64,000 bases of DNA from the IMG/VR virus record IMGVR_UViG_3300042447_001246; one strand, written 5' to 3'. A program made the position numbers and the translations under genes. The notes below the pieces were generated by a model that saw only the letters and a list, made by a program, of their open reading frames with translations, ran no database searches and had not been told where the DNA came from. Shown here one piece after another: positions 9,821 to 17,908 of this stretch (the stretch's first letter is position 1; every line of letters starts with the position of its first letter). Source of the stretch: an uncultured virus (IMG/VR IMGVR_UViG_3300042447_001246). Taxonomy: Duplodnaviria > Heunggongvirae > Uroviricota > Caudoviricetes.

Positions 9821-9893
9821 GCGTCGGTGGCCAAATGGATAAGGCAACAGACTTCTAATCTGTAGACTGTAGGTTCGAGTCCTACCCGACGCG
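9821..9893 (+). tRNA. tRNA-Arg(UCU)
   Basis: Acceptor gcgtcgg/ccgacgc, anticodon arm acaga-ct-TCT-aa-tctgt, T loop ttcgagt; no encoded CCA. Confidence 0.95.
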
Positions 9894-9898
9894 CACAG

Positions 9899-9974
9899 TG
9901 GCAAGTAGCTCAGTTGGCAGAGCAAGGGACTGTTAATCCCTGGGTCGTAGGTTCGAGCCCTACCTTGCCAGCCA
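9899..9974 (+). tRNA. tRNA-Asn(GUU)
   Basis: Acceptor tggcaag/cttgcca, anticodon aggga-ct-GTT-aa-tccct, CCA encoded. Confidence 0.95.
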
Positions 9975-10057
9975 CTATACTGACGATGGCCTCTTGCTAG
10001 AGGGCGTCATTAATATTTCTGTCGGTGCGCAGTTAGAGCGTCTAGCAAGCACTATTT

Positions 10058-10147
10058 GGAGCGATGGCAGAGAGGCTTATTGCACCTGTCTTGAAAACAG
10101 GAGTCCGTTTGCGCGGACCGGGGGTTCAAATCCCTCTCGCTCCTCCA
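10058..10147 (+). tRNA. tRNA-Ser(UGA)
   Basis: Acceptor ggagcga/tcgctcc, anticodon cctgt-ct-TGA-aa-acagg, long variable arm gtccg/cggac, CCA encoded. Confidence 0.92.
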
Positions 10148-10166
10148 CTTATGTTACGCTTTTACG

Positions 10167-10242
10167 CACGCAGTAGCATCAGGGGTAGAGCACCCGTGGA
10201 ATCTAACGGGAGGTCTCTGGGTTCAATTCCCAGACTGCGTGT
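10167..10242 (+). ncRNA. non-canonical tRNA-like element (pseudo-tRNA or atypical tRNA)
   Basis: Cloverleaf with cacgcag(t)/(a)ctgcgtg acceptor, D arm, cccgt/acggg stem with 8-nt loop ggaatcta, T arm ctggg-ttcaatt-cccag. Confidence 0.7.
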
Positions 10243-10246
10243 CTAA

Positions 10247-10318
10247 GCCCGTTTAGCTCAGTGGTAGAGCTCTTCACTTGTAATGAAGCGGTCCTCGGTT
10301 CAATCCCGAGAGCGGGCT
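10247..10318 (+). tRNA. tRNA-Thr(UGU)
   Basis: Acceptor gcccgtt/agcgggc, anticodon cttca-ct-TGT-aa-tgaag, T loop ttcaatc. Confidence 0.95.
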
Positions 10319-10343
10319 CTAACTGGGGTAGAATTTAGCCCCT

Positions 10344-11144
10344 ATGGGCATAACGATTTACAGAAACCAGAGAATTGGCGTAATACCGCCAACCCCAGCT
10401 ACCTCTGTTATTGAAGACTCGGTCACCCCTGAGAGCGTAAAGGCACTAATTGAGTACGGCTCCATGCTGGGTCATCCTGTTTCGTACGCCCAGGAACAAA
10501 ATGGAAGATTAATCCAAAATCTTGTTCCAGTTCATAAGACTGAATACCAGCAGATATCAACATCATCGAAAGTTGAGCTGGAGATGCATACCGAGTCATC
10601 ATTCCATCCATACAGGCCTTCATACGTCCTTCTTCTTTGCTTGCGCGGTGATGATGCGGTGGCAACCACTTACGCTGATGATTTCGACATCGTTCCAAGA
10701 TTAAGTCAAGAGGCAATTTCTGTGCTTCAAAAAGAATGGTTTACAACTCAGATTGACCAGAGTTTTAGGTCAGATGGACAGCCAGATATCGATGTTAGGA
10801 CGGCGATACTTGAAGAAACAAATAGGGACGCTAATCCAGGATGGAAGATAACTTACGACTCTTGGTTCATGAAAGCCGTTGGAGATGGGACTGAAGAATC
10901 TCGCATGCAGGCTCAAAGAGCACTCAAGGAAATGCGTGATGCGGTTAATGATTCAACAAAAGAGGTTGTCTTGAAGACCGGTGACTTACTTGTTATAAAT
11001 AACGATTGCACCGTCCATGGACGAAAGCCATTTCAACCACGATATGACGGAACGGATAGATGGGTTCAGAGGATGCTTGTGGTGCGTGAAATGCCACCGC
11101 CAGAGCACGTTAATGGCCATATGATTACCACCGAGTTCAACTAA
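10344..11144 (+). CDS. Fe(II)/2-oxoglutarate dioxygenase, TauD/clavaminate synthase (AsnO-like) family
   Basis: LEMHTE (HxE), LLLCLR, GDLLVINN...VHGR...YDGTDRW motifs. Confidence 0.88.
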   Translation: MGITIYRNQRIGVIPPTPATSVIEDSVTPESVKALIEYGSMLGHPVSYAQEQNGRLIQNLVPVHKTEYQQISTSSKVELEMHTESSFHPYRPSYVLLLCLRGDDAVATTYADDFDIVPRLSQEAISVLQKEWFTTQIDQSFRSDGQPDIDVRTAILEETNRDANPGWKITYDSWFMKAVGDGTEESRMQAQRALKEMRDAVNDSTKEVVLKTGDLLVINNDCTVHGRKPFQPRYDGTDRWVQRMLVVREMPPPEHVNGHMITTEFN

Positions 11145-11443
11145 TGATGGATTTTGACGTGATGTTCGAACCAAGATACGACCTTTATCAGGTCGCAATT
11201 TTTCAATCCAGATATAGCGGGATATATGAAGGTGGGGAATGGTTCGCAATTGCTAATTTTAAGAGTTTTGACGAAACTGGAATTTCGGAATATGTATTCG
11301 GCGATGATTGTGATGCCGTAGATTTTTGGATGTCTGAAAAATCAGAAATGATTGGAGTTGGGAGTACGCCAGATGCTGCTGTAGCGAATCTCTATGAGCG
11401 GTACGAGAAAAAGGGTGGACCTACTCAAACATCTCAGAGTTGA
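11144..11443 (+). CDS. hypothetical protein (99 aa); on the + strand, ORF track strand label is wrong
   Basis: The + strand at 11144 reads atg atg gat ttt gac gtg (MMDFDV) and ends TGA at 11441-11443; TAATG overlap with the upstream stop. Confidence 0.75.
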   Translation: MMDFDVMFEPRYDLYQVAIFQSRYSGIYEGGEWFAIANFKSFDETGISEYVFGDDCDAVDFWMSEKSEMIGVGSTPDAAVANLYERYEKKGGPTQTSQS

Positions 11444-11567
11444 TAAAGCTCATTTTATTCCATAGTTTTTTTACCAATGGAATTGAAGTTACAGCAACAA
11501 ATAGAGCAATAGCAACAGTAAGTATCAATGAGTTCTTTTTACCAATTTTTAGCTTATTTACATTCAT
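11421..11567 (-). CDS. small single-TM membrane peptide (48 aa)
   Basis: MNVNKLKIGKKNSLILTVAIALFVAVTSIPLVKKLWNKMSFINSEMFE*; below track length cutoff. Confidence 0.4.
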   Translation of the reverse strand: MNVNKLKIGKKNSLILTVAIALFVAVTSIPLVKKLWNKMSFINSEMFE

Positions 11568-11642
11568 GATTGGTCCCATCTATTCTAGAGATACTATCTA
11601 TAGGTTCATCTTATAACAAGATTGCACGCCATAATGTACGTT

Positions 11643-11789
11643 ATGTTCTACATCGTCTTAATTTTAACAGCAACAGCAGTAGTGTCCATTCATAGATTCG
11701 TTATGAACTCGGTTGAGTCATACGATGGCTACGGTGCAGGTTCGTTCCGTGAATGGAAAGAATTCGAGAGGCAGAAGCTAGGCTTCTAG
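11643..11789 (+). CDS. small peptide with N-terminal hydrophobic segment (48 aa)
   Basis: MFYIVLILTATAVVSIHRFVMNSVESYDGYGAGSFREWKEFERQKLGF*; CATAAT 7 nt upstream. Confidence 0.45.
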   Translation: MFYIVLILTATAVVSIHRFVMNSVESYDGYGAGSFREWKEFERQKLGF

Positions 11790-11790
11790 G

Positions 11791-12399
11791 CTACTTAACG
11801 TATATTCCTATACGTTCTAACTCGGTCCCCTCGTCGCTGATAAACCTATAACCCTCTGGCTTTGGGTCTGGCTCGTCTTTCCATACTGGAATCATCGAAT
11901 CATTGCCATAGGCAAAGTCCGAATTTTCTCTTAGGTGAATTTCGATTAGTTTGCCACCAATAAACTCGCAGTTGATTGTCCTGTACTGAAGCGGGATTAA
12001 CCCTATGAACTGTGGCAGAGGGTGCCATTTATCTGTTTTTTCCCATTTAGTGAATCTTTGATAGGGGCGCTCTAAATGCTTTGTCCCAACTGTTTTAAGG
12101 ATTGGCTGATACCCCTTGTAGTCAATGCTTAGGTGTTCTCCCTCGAAAACCTCACACCAGAACTCGCCTGGGTGCAGAAGTTCTGTTGTGTCTTCTTCTA
12201 TGTATATTTTTCTTGCTTTTTCTCCCATGCCCTCGATATTCATTACTGGTTTCACGAAGTACTCACCCGGCTTCGGAACGGGGGTTCCACGTGGTCCACA
12301 GATATGTCCGGAGAGCCTGGAAACAATTAACTTGTCAAATAACCAGAGGTGTTTTGGGTCGCAGTTAAGCCATGCTTTTGCTTCTAGTGATTGCTCCAC
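11791..12399 (-). CDS. phage ATP-grasp-like protein
   Basis: YFVKPVMNIEGMGEKA...FWCEVFEGEHLSIDY...INCEFIGGKLIEIHLR resembles ATP-grasp motifs (VKP, E..G..SxD, E.N/H.R). Confidence 0.6.
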   Translation of the reverse strand: MEQSLEAKAWLNCDPKHLWLFDKLIVSRLSGHICGPRGTPVPKPGEYFVKPVMNIEGMGEKARKIYIEEDTTELLHPGEFWCEVFEGEHLSIDYKGYQPILKTVGTKHLERPYQRFTKWEKTDKWHPLPQFIGLIPLQYRTINCEFIGGKLIEIHLRENSDFAYGNDSMIPVWKDEPDPKPEGYRFISDEGTELERIGIYVK

Positions 12400-12401
12400 A
12401 T

Positions 12402-12647
12402 TTACGGCTCAATGAAGATGCACTCGCCAGGGCACTCTTCGGCGGCTTCTACTACGTCAGATAGTCTTTCGTCTGCGAAAGATGCCATTCCTTGTGCGCC
12501 CTCTGGATTCCCCACAGCGGCCGCATAAATCTTGTCCCCTTCGCGCACATACGCAAGACCGTCTGGCATCATGTGAAAAACATCTGGGGCTATCTCTGCA
12601 CATAGTCCGTCTCCAGTGCATAAGTCTTGGTCAATCCACACTCTCAT
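12402..12647 (-). CDS. ferredoxin (single-cluster 3Fe-4S/4Fe-4S, actinobacterial type)
   Basis: DQDLCTGDGLCAEIAPDVF...AAEECPGECI. Confidence 0.92.
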   Translation of the reverse strand: MRVWIDQDLCTGDGLCAEIAPDVFHMMPDGLAYVREGDKIYAAAVGNPEGAQGMASFADERLSDVVEAAEECPGECIFIEP

Positions 12648-13042
12648 TACTTAAATTCGGTCCAGGTTTTATCGCCGACGCCGAAATATTCTCTTGCGTA
12701 ACCAGACTGAATGATGTCCTTGTTGAGACATGCTGTCGTTGGGTCGTCTATCTTGTCTGAGCTGTAGATTCGTGCAAGAACACGCCCATATTTGTCATTC
12801 TTGTCTGGAATGGTGTTAACAAATACCCATTTATGGCTTGTCAACCAGTCCTTGGTGAACGACTTAGCCTTAAGACCCATCTCTTTTTCTGCAAGGTCTT
12901 TGGTTCTTGATTCAGGAGTATTTACTCCATACAAGCGAACACGAATTTTGTGATGGATGCTAAAACCAAGGTCTATCATCAAATCAATCGTGTCACCATC
13001 AACGACGTTGAGGACTGTAGCCCCATACCAAAATCGCTGCAT
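12647..13042 (-). CDS. thermonuclease (SNase-like)
   Basis: VVDGDTID, RVRLYGVNTPE, DKYGRVLA. Confidence 0.92.
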   Translation of the reverse strand: MQRFWYGATVLNVVDGDTIDLMIDLGFSIHHKIRVRLYGVNTPESRTKDLAEKEMGLKAKSFTKDWLTSHKWVFVNTIPDKNDKYGRVLARIYSSDKIDDPTTACLNKDIIQSGYAREYFGVGDKTWTEFK

Positions 13043-14997
13043 CAGAAATTTCTTATGTTGCGATTTTGGCCAGATGTTCTTTTGTACTGATTGCCCGGCA
13101 ATCGAGGACGGTCTATTGTTGGTCCTTGGCTGCCGCGTGATTCACCAATTCTTGGACGGTCTATGGTTGGTTTGCCAACAGGGCGAATATCGTCCCGTCT
13201 ACGGTTACCCGGTTTAATCTTGTTTGGATTGGAGCGGTCGATGTTGTCAGGACGACGTTTATCATTTGCTCCTGTTCTTTTGTCAGGACCATACAGCTGG
13301 AGTGTTCCATCACGCTGTTCTTTGATGTATTCCCTGTCTTTTGGGTCCTTTCCGTCGTATTGCTGCAACTGTCCATCAGCGTCTTCCAGAATGTATCCCG
13401 GCTTATACTCGGACCGACTGGCTCTATCAGCCGAATCTGGTTTTCTATTTGGGGCTGAACGGTCTGTTCTGTCGGCGCCTCTGCGGTCATCTGCGCTCGT
13501 TGGTCTGCGCGAATCCGTCTGACCACGACGTGTTGCAGCATCTCTTGTTCCTTGAGCTTCTTGACGGCCGACACGAACTGGTTGGTCTCCTGCTACTCGG
13601 TTTCCAGTTCCTCTGTCAACGCTGTCTGGGCGTCTCCTATCGTCGGCGCTTGTAGGGCGGCGTGAGTCTGTTTGACCGCGGCGAGTTGCGGCGTCTCTTG
13701 TTCCCTGTGCTTCTTGACGACCCACACGAACCGGCTGGTCACCAGCAACTCTGTTGCCAGTTCCCTTGTCAATCGAGTCAGGACGACGTCTATCATCGGC
13801 GCTTGTTGGTCTACGTGAGTCGGTTTGACCGCGACGTGTAGCAGCGTCAGAAACTCCAGTTGTTTTTCCACGATTCGCCTGAACTCGCTCTGCCGAATCG
13901 ATTCGACGAGCTGGCGGAGAATTATCGATTCTGTCCGCTGGTTTTCTATCTGCAGCAGATGAGCGCTGTGCCTGACCGGTAAGTCTGTCACTTTGCGCTT
14001 GATTTCTTCTATCTCTTGCTGCATCCGTGTTTGCTCTACCGATTTGTGCTTGCGCTTCAGCCCCAGCTCGCACCGTCTGCTTGTCAAAAGCAGCTCTTGC
14101 TCTAGCTCTTGCGTCTCTTTCTTTCTTTGAACGGTCTGCTACGTCCCTGTTCGGCTTGATGCCTTGAGATGCAAGCTGTCCACGTACAAATTTTCTACGT
14201 CGCTTTTCATAGTCAGTGTTGCTTTGACGCTTGTACGGAACTCGCTGTTCATCTGGCGTGCCATCAAAAATCATTCCGTCGCCGTCAGCATCAACCATGT
14301 CGAGCGAACCCTGGGCTGTTGCGCCAATTGTTCCACCGCGCTGCTGACCTATGGTCTGTCCTTGAAGTTGCTTTTCTTCTACTGATTCAGAATCATCTTT
14401 TTTCTTTGTGTTCTGGTATCTCTCAAGAAGTCTCTTGCCCTTAGCGGCGAGCTTCGCTGCATCTTCTGCATTCTTTGGAACTCTTTCACCCCAAGCTGCA
14501 GCAGAAAGAGCCAAACGTGTTGCTCTACCTTTTTCATCGACCATTGGGCCTGATGGATTCGTAAAAAATCTTGTTAGGAATGAACCCTTGCGACGCATCT
14601 TCTCTGGCGTATCAGCAGCACCCTTCACTCCAGGCTTTAGGTTTGAGCCTTCTGTTCTGTTGAAGTGCGCTCTCCCAGCTGCTGTCAAACCACCCTTTGG
14701 GTCTTTTAGTTTTTGCTTTGCTGATTTCTCATCTACCGGAACGCAGTTTGGAACCATCTTTCCGGCCTTGCTTCTCTTCATCCCGATTTGCTTATAACCG
14801 TCCCAGCACGGACTGTCTGATGCTTTTGTTTCGTTGTCCTCGAAAGAGTCAAAATCATCCGAGTAATTATCAAACACTTTTGACGAGAAGTACTCGTCGT
14901 ATATAGGCATTAATTCTTCGTCATCTACTTCTGATACCACTTCAACCTTGAGATTGAGCAATTCTTCGAAAAGTTGGTCGTCATCTATTTCGTTCAT
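13042..14997 (-). CDS. multi-motif putative virion internal protein (DUF6321-like domain plus Arg-rich tandem repeats)
   Basis: CWDGYKQIGMK..VPNCVP motif, KGGLTAAGR...RRKGSFLTRF domain, DADGDG..DGTPDE motif, Arg-rich repeats; likely ATG 14997 with GGAG RBS. Confidence 0.75.
   Translation of the reverse strand: MNEIDDDQLFEELLNLKVEVVSEVDDEELMPIYDEYFSSKVFDNYSDDFDSFEDNETKASDSPCWDGYKQIGMKRSKAGKMVPNCVPVDEKSAKQKLKDPKGGLTAAGRAHFNRTEGSNLKPGVKGAADTPEKMRRKGSFLTRFFTNPSGPMVDEKGRATRLALSAAAWGERVPKNAEDAAKLAAKGKRLLERYQNTKKKDDSESVEEKQLQGQTIGQQRGGTIGATAQGSLDMVDADGDGMIFDGTPDEQRVPYKRQSNTDYEKRRRKFVRGQLASQGIKPNRDVADRSKKERDARARARAAFDKQTVRAGAEAQAQIGRANTDAARDRRNQAQSDRLTGQAQRSSAADRKPADRIDNSPPARRIDSAERVQANRGKTTGVSDAATRRGQTDSRRPTSADDRRRPDSIDKGTGNRVAGDQPVRVGRQEAQGTRDAATRRGQTDSRRPTSADDRRRPDSVDRGTGNRVAGDQPVRVGRQEAQGTRDAATRRGQTDSRRPTSADDRRGADRTDRSAPNRKPDSADRASRSEYKPGYILEDADGQLQQYDGKDPKDREYIKEQRDGTLQLYGPDKRTGANDKRRPDNIDRSNPNKIKPGNRRRDDIRPVGKPTIDRPRIGESRGSQGPTIDRPRLPGNQYKRTSGQNRNIRNF
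13481..13850 (-). repeat. intragenic tandem repeat, 153 nt / 51 aa, about 2.4 copies
   Basis: Unit DAATRRGQTDSRRPTSADDRRRPDS(I/V)D(K/R)GTGNRVAGDQPVRVGRQEAQGTR; DNA copies offset by 153 nt (13521 vs 13674). Confidence 0.9.
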
Positions 14998-15048
14998 TTC
15001 ACAATTCTCCCATATTTTTATTGGTTTGAAGGACAATAAATGATAACA

Positions 15049-15582
15049 CTAGCCAGCGTCAACAATCATGTGAATCCTATGAGTGGAGCCATTGTTGTCG
15101 ACTCTGTGAACCCTGTTGGTGTTGTCTATCACCCAAATCTCCCCTGGTTTTAAATTCTTAGAAATACCACCAACCGTGAATGTGCAGGAGCTATTTGTGA
15201 CAATAGGTATGTGTATTCTGTGAGTGTTTCTGGTGACCACCCCCTGGTCTTTATGCGGCTTAATAATCCCTCCAGGGTTCATCCTTGTCAACATCGAGGA
15301 CGTTTCTGAAACTTGACCAATGGATTCTCCTGCAATTTTGCATATTTCCATTATGTCCGAACTGAATTGTTCGTAATGTTGGTGCTTTTCTGGACTGTAC
15401 TCATTGGACTTTGGAGAATACTTCAACGGGATTGTCTCGGTGTGATAACTGGCTATCCCCCCTGTGTTTTTTCTACCCTTATATTCACTCCAATCTAGGT
15501 CATTGAAGGATAAAACCTTATTCAGTAGATTCTGAAAGTCTGGGAAAATTCCCACATATCTAAATGCTTCATTTTCTTTCAT
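15049..15582 (-). CDS. aspartyl/asparaginyl beta-hydroxylase family Fe/2OG oxygenase
   Basis: PGGIIKPHKD, THRIHIPIVTN, GEIWVIDN..VHRVDN...RIHMIVD. Confidence 0.88.
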   Translation of the reverse strand: MKENEAFRYVGIFPDFQNLLNKVLSFNDLDWSEYKGRKNTGGIASYHTETIPLKYSPKSNEYSPEKHQHYEQFSSDIMEICKIAGESIGQVSETSSMLTRMNPGGIIKPHKDQGVVTRNTHRIHIPIVTNSSCTFTVGGISKNLKPGEIWVIDNTNRVHRVDNNGSTHRIHMIVDAG

Positions 15583-15602
15583 GAAATCATCCTATATAAA
15601 GC

Positions 15603-15640
15603 AAAAACCTCACGCCCCCATTGCTGGAAACGTGAGGTTT
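15603..15640 (-). terminator. intrinsic terminator of the major capsid gene
   Basis: Minus strand aaacctcacgtttcca-GCAA-tgggggcgtgaggttttt, with GNRA loop and G-U pairs. Confidence 0.8.
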
Positions 15641-15658
15641 GCTTTTACTTGGTTTGAA

Positions 15659-17035
15659 TTACGCTTCTGGAGCTCCGTCGAAGTCAATCGAAACGAACGC
15701 TTCTGGACGCTTAACAGCGAGAGCAAGTCTCTGTTCTGCAAGAATCACGATTGCGTTGCGCACGAAGAAGTCTGAGTGCTGTTCCGAAATTCGGATTGAA
15801 GCCTGCTCGCGGTCGTACAGCTGTGCAGCAGTACCGAAGGCGCCGACGAGGCCGGTTCCTTCTGTCATTGCTGGAGTGTCGATAACTGGCATTCTCCAAA
15901 CGCGTGGCTCGCCACCCATTGCAACCGAAACTGCGATGAGGTATTGACCCTGCTCGTCCTTCGTCAACTCGATGTCTTCCCAGTCGTTCGGGTGCAATAC
16001 AACGCCCGATGGCTCGTAGTAAGCCAAGAACGAGAGTGTTGCGGCACGACGGATTGCATCAGCCTTGGTGTCTGCTACTGGAAGTGTTGCACCATCTGAC
16101 CAGGCGTATGTCTGGATGTTTGGTGTGTTCAAAACGCCCAAGAGGTTCTCGCCAGCGCCGTCGCCATTGAGGATTTGGTTGTCTTCCAACAAACGAAGGC
16201 CGTACATCAATTCGTTGTCGATGATTGAACGCAGCTGTGGCTCATCGGCAAGGACGTTGCGGTGTGCAGCTTCCCAGTGTGCCAATGTGCGAACAGGAGC
16301 CTGCTCACCAACGAATGAGAATGATGACTGTGGCTTCAACGCGAATGCGTTGTTTCCACCGTTACGCTCTGCGATTGTTGATGCCGAGTTAACACCAGCA
16401 GCGTAGCCGTAACCCTCCTGGATAGGAGTGGTGAAACCGAGCTGACGGAAGTACTCAATAACAGCAGCAGTTGTTGTGCGAACTGGGAACAAGTCACGAA
16501 CACGCTTTGTGCGCATTGGCTGTGTAATCATCGCATCGCGCTGTACTGAACCAAACGAGCCAAGACGGCTGTTTGTTACGTCAGTGCCAGGAAGTGCTGA
16601 GTAAACGTCCTTCACATTGTATGAACCAGATGTGAACGAAGCCTTTACCTGCCATGGTGCAACCATGTTTGCGCCGTTACGGCCGTTTGCGAGTGTCTTG
16701 AATTCAGCTGAGTCCAAGAACATTTCGCCGATTGACTTGATTTCACGGCTTGAAAGCTGTGCAACTTCTGCACTTGCTGCAGCGAATGAACCTGCAACAC
16801 TTTCTGCTGGCTGTGAAGCCCAAGAATCAACGCTGTTCATTGTCTGCATACCGTCAATGAGGCTCTTGATTTCCTTGATGTCTGACATGTTCTTGTCGAA
16901 CGCTGTCTTCTGCTCAGGGGTGACGACAACTGTGCCGTCTTCTACACGGAATGAATCCGCAATGGCCTTATTATCGGCCATCTTTCCACGAAGTGCACCT
17001 TGCAGTTCGTTTAATCTTGCATTGTCTTGCGACAT
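15659..17035 (-). CDS. major capsid protein, HK97 fold, with N-terminal delta/scaffold segment
   Basis: VRDLFP..T, AHW, LADEPQLRSIID..L.YG..LLEDNQILNGDG, LHPNDW, FVRNAIVILAEQRLALAVKRPEAF; RBS AGGAG. Confidence 0.95.
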   Translation of the reverse strand: MSQDNARLNELQGALRGKMADNKAIADSFRVEDGTVVVTPEQKTAFDKNMSDIKEIKSLIDGMQTMNSVDSWASQPAESVAGSFAAASAEVAQLSSREIKSIGEMFLDSAEFKTLANGRNGANMVAPWQVKASFTSGSYNVKDVYSALPGTDVTNSRLGSFGSVQRDAMITQPMRTKRVRDLFPVRTTTAAVIEYFRQLGFTTPIQEGYGYAAGVNSASTIAERNGGNNAFALKPQSSFSFVGEQAPVRTLAHWEAAHRNVLADEPQLRSIIDNELMYGLRLLEDNQILNGDGAGENLLGVLNTPNIQTYAWSDGATLPVADTKADAIRRAATLSFLAYYEPSGVVLHPNDWEDIELTKDEQGQYLIAVSVAMGGEPRVWRMPVIDTPAMTEGTGLVGAFGTAAQLYDREQASIRISEQHSDFFVRNAIVILAEQRLALAVKRPEAFVSIDFDGAPEA

Positions 17036-17187
17036 GTTTTGCTCCTATTGGAATTGATTGAGGGTTGGGTTGTTAACTTTTATTGTGGCTTAGGTAAGCA
17101 CCCAGCCCTAGTTATATAAAGTAACAGAGATTTACACCTTTTAGTGGAACTACTTTATTTGCAAACAAAAGTGTGTAAATGATTAAA

Positions 17188-17907
17188 TTAATCTTCTGTT
17201 AGTTCTTCTTGGATTGATTTTTTTCTTTTTAGTTTTCCTAGCTCTTCTCGTAAAACTGTTCTGATTACATTTCTTTCTTGCGCAGCTCTTCCTCTTCGCC
17301 CAAGCGAAGTTGTGCCGGCTAAACGGGCGTAATCACTCATGTTTGTGCATGGCATCCAAACTGCCCTGCCAGTTTTGGATATTCTTCTGCTTATCCCAAT
17401 ACACCCCATTTGACGCGAACGAGCACGAGCTGATTCTGGGTCAGTAAAAACATCTGGGTCGTTGTCTCTAACGTATTGAGGTCCAGTCATTGCCGCTTTT
17501 GCCATGCTCGCACCAAACATGTTCATTGTTGGGCCGCCAGAAACAGTTGAGCCGCTTGATACGGATGAGCCAACGGCTTGGGGTGGGGCGAACTGATTTG
17601 GGCCAGAAGTTATTCCTGGAGCAGAGCCGTTAATCCCCTGTATTGGCCGTTCATTAAGTTTTTCCCAACCATCTCTTTTTTTCTTGCGTTTCTTACGACC
17701 TACTTCTTCTCTTTCTAAACGCCCTTCGAACGATGACTTCTCTTTCCATTTAGAAGTTTCGGCTCTATTGGAAATTCGCTCCAAGGAATCCATTGAAGCA
17801 CAAGGCATCCAATTCCCGTCTTCGTCTTTGTGTGCTCCTCTGCATCCAATCATTTCTGCAACACGAAGAGCTTCCATCTTCTTGACTAATTCTTTTTGCT
17901 TAGCCAT
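17188..17907 (-). CDS. head-module protein with two GCxG...WMPC modules (DUF3721-like)
   Basis: EALRVAEMIGCRGAHKDEDGNWMPC and ARARSRQMGCIGISRR..VWMPC. Confidence 0.7.
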   Translation of the reverse strand: MAKQKELVKKMEALRVAEMIGCRGAHKDEDGNWMPCASMDSLERISNRAETSKWKEKSSFEGRLEREEVGRKKRKKKRDGWEKLNERPIQGINGSAPGITSGPNQFAPPQAVGSSVSSGSTVSGGPTMNMFGASMAKAAMTGPQYVRDNDPDVFTDPESARARSRQMGCIGISRRISKTGRAVWMPCTNMSDYARLAGTTSLGRRGRAAQERNVIRTVLREELGKLKRKKSIQEELTED

Positions 17908-17908
17908 C

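Noticed and set aside
10167..10242. Amber suppressor or pyrrolysine tRNA with stop-codon recoding (CTA present in the loop)
   Set aside because: CTA is off-centre in the 8-nt loop, and TAG terminates genes at expected ends (e.g. nrdJ, tail tube, portal), so there is no sign of recoding
9596..10246. ORFs 9596..9925, 9994..10176 and 10064..10246
   Set aside because: They overlap tRNA genes and translate to typical tRNA shadow peptides
13481..13850. Tandem repeat as a CRISPR array
   Set aside because: In-frame 153-nt coding repeat with synonymous divergence and no unique spacers; no CRISPR array seen anywhere in the window
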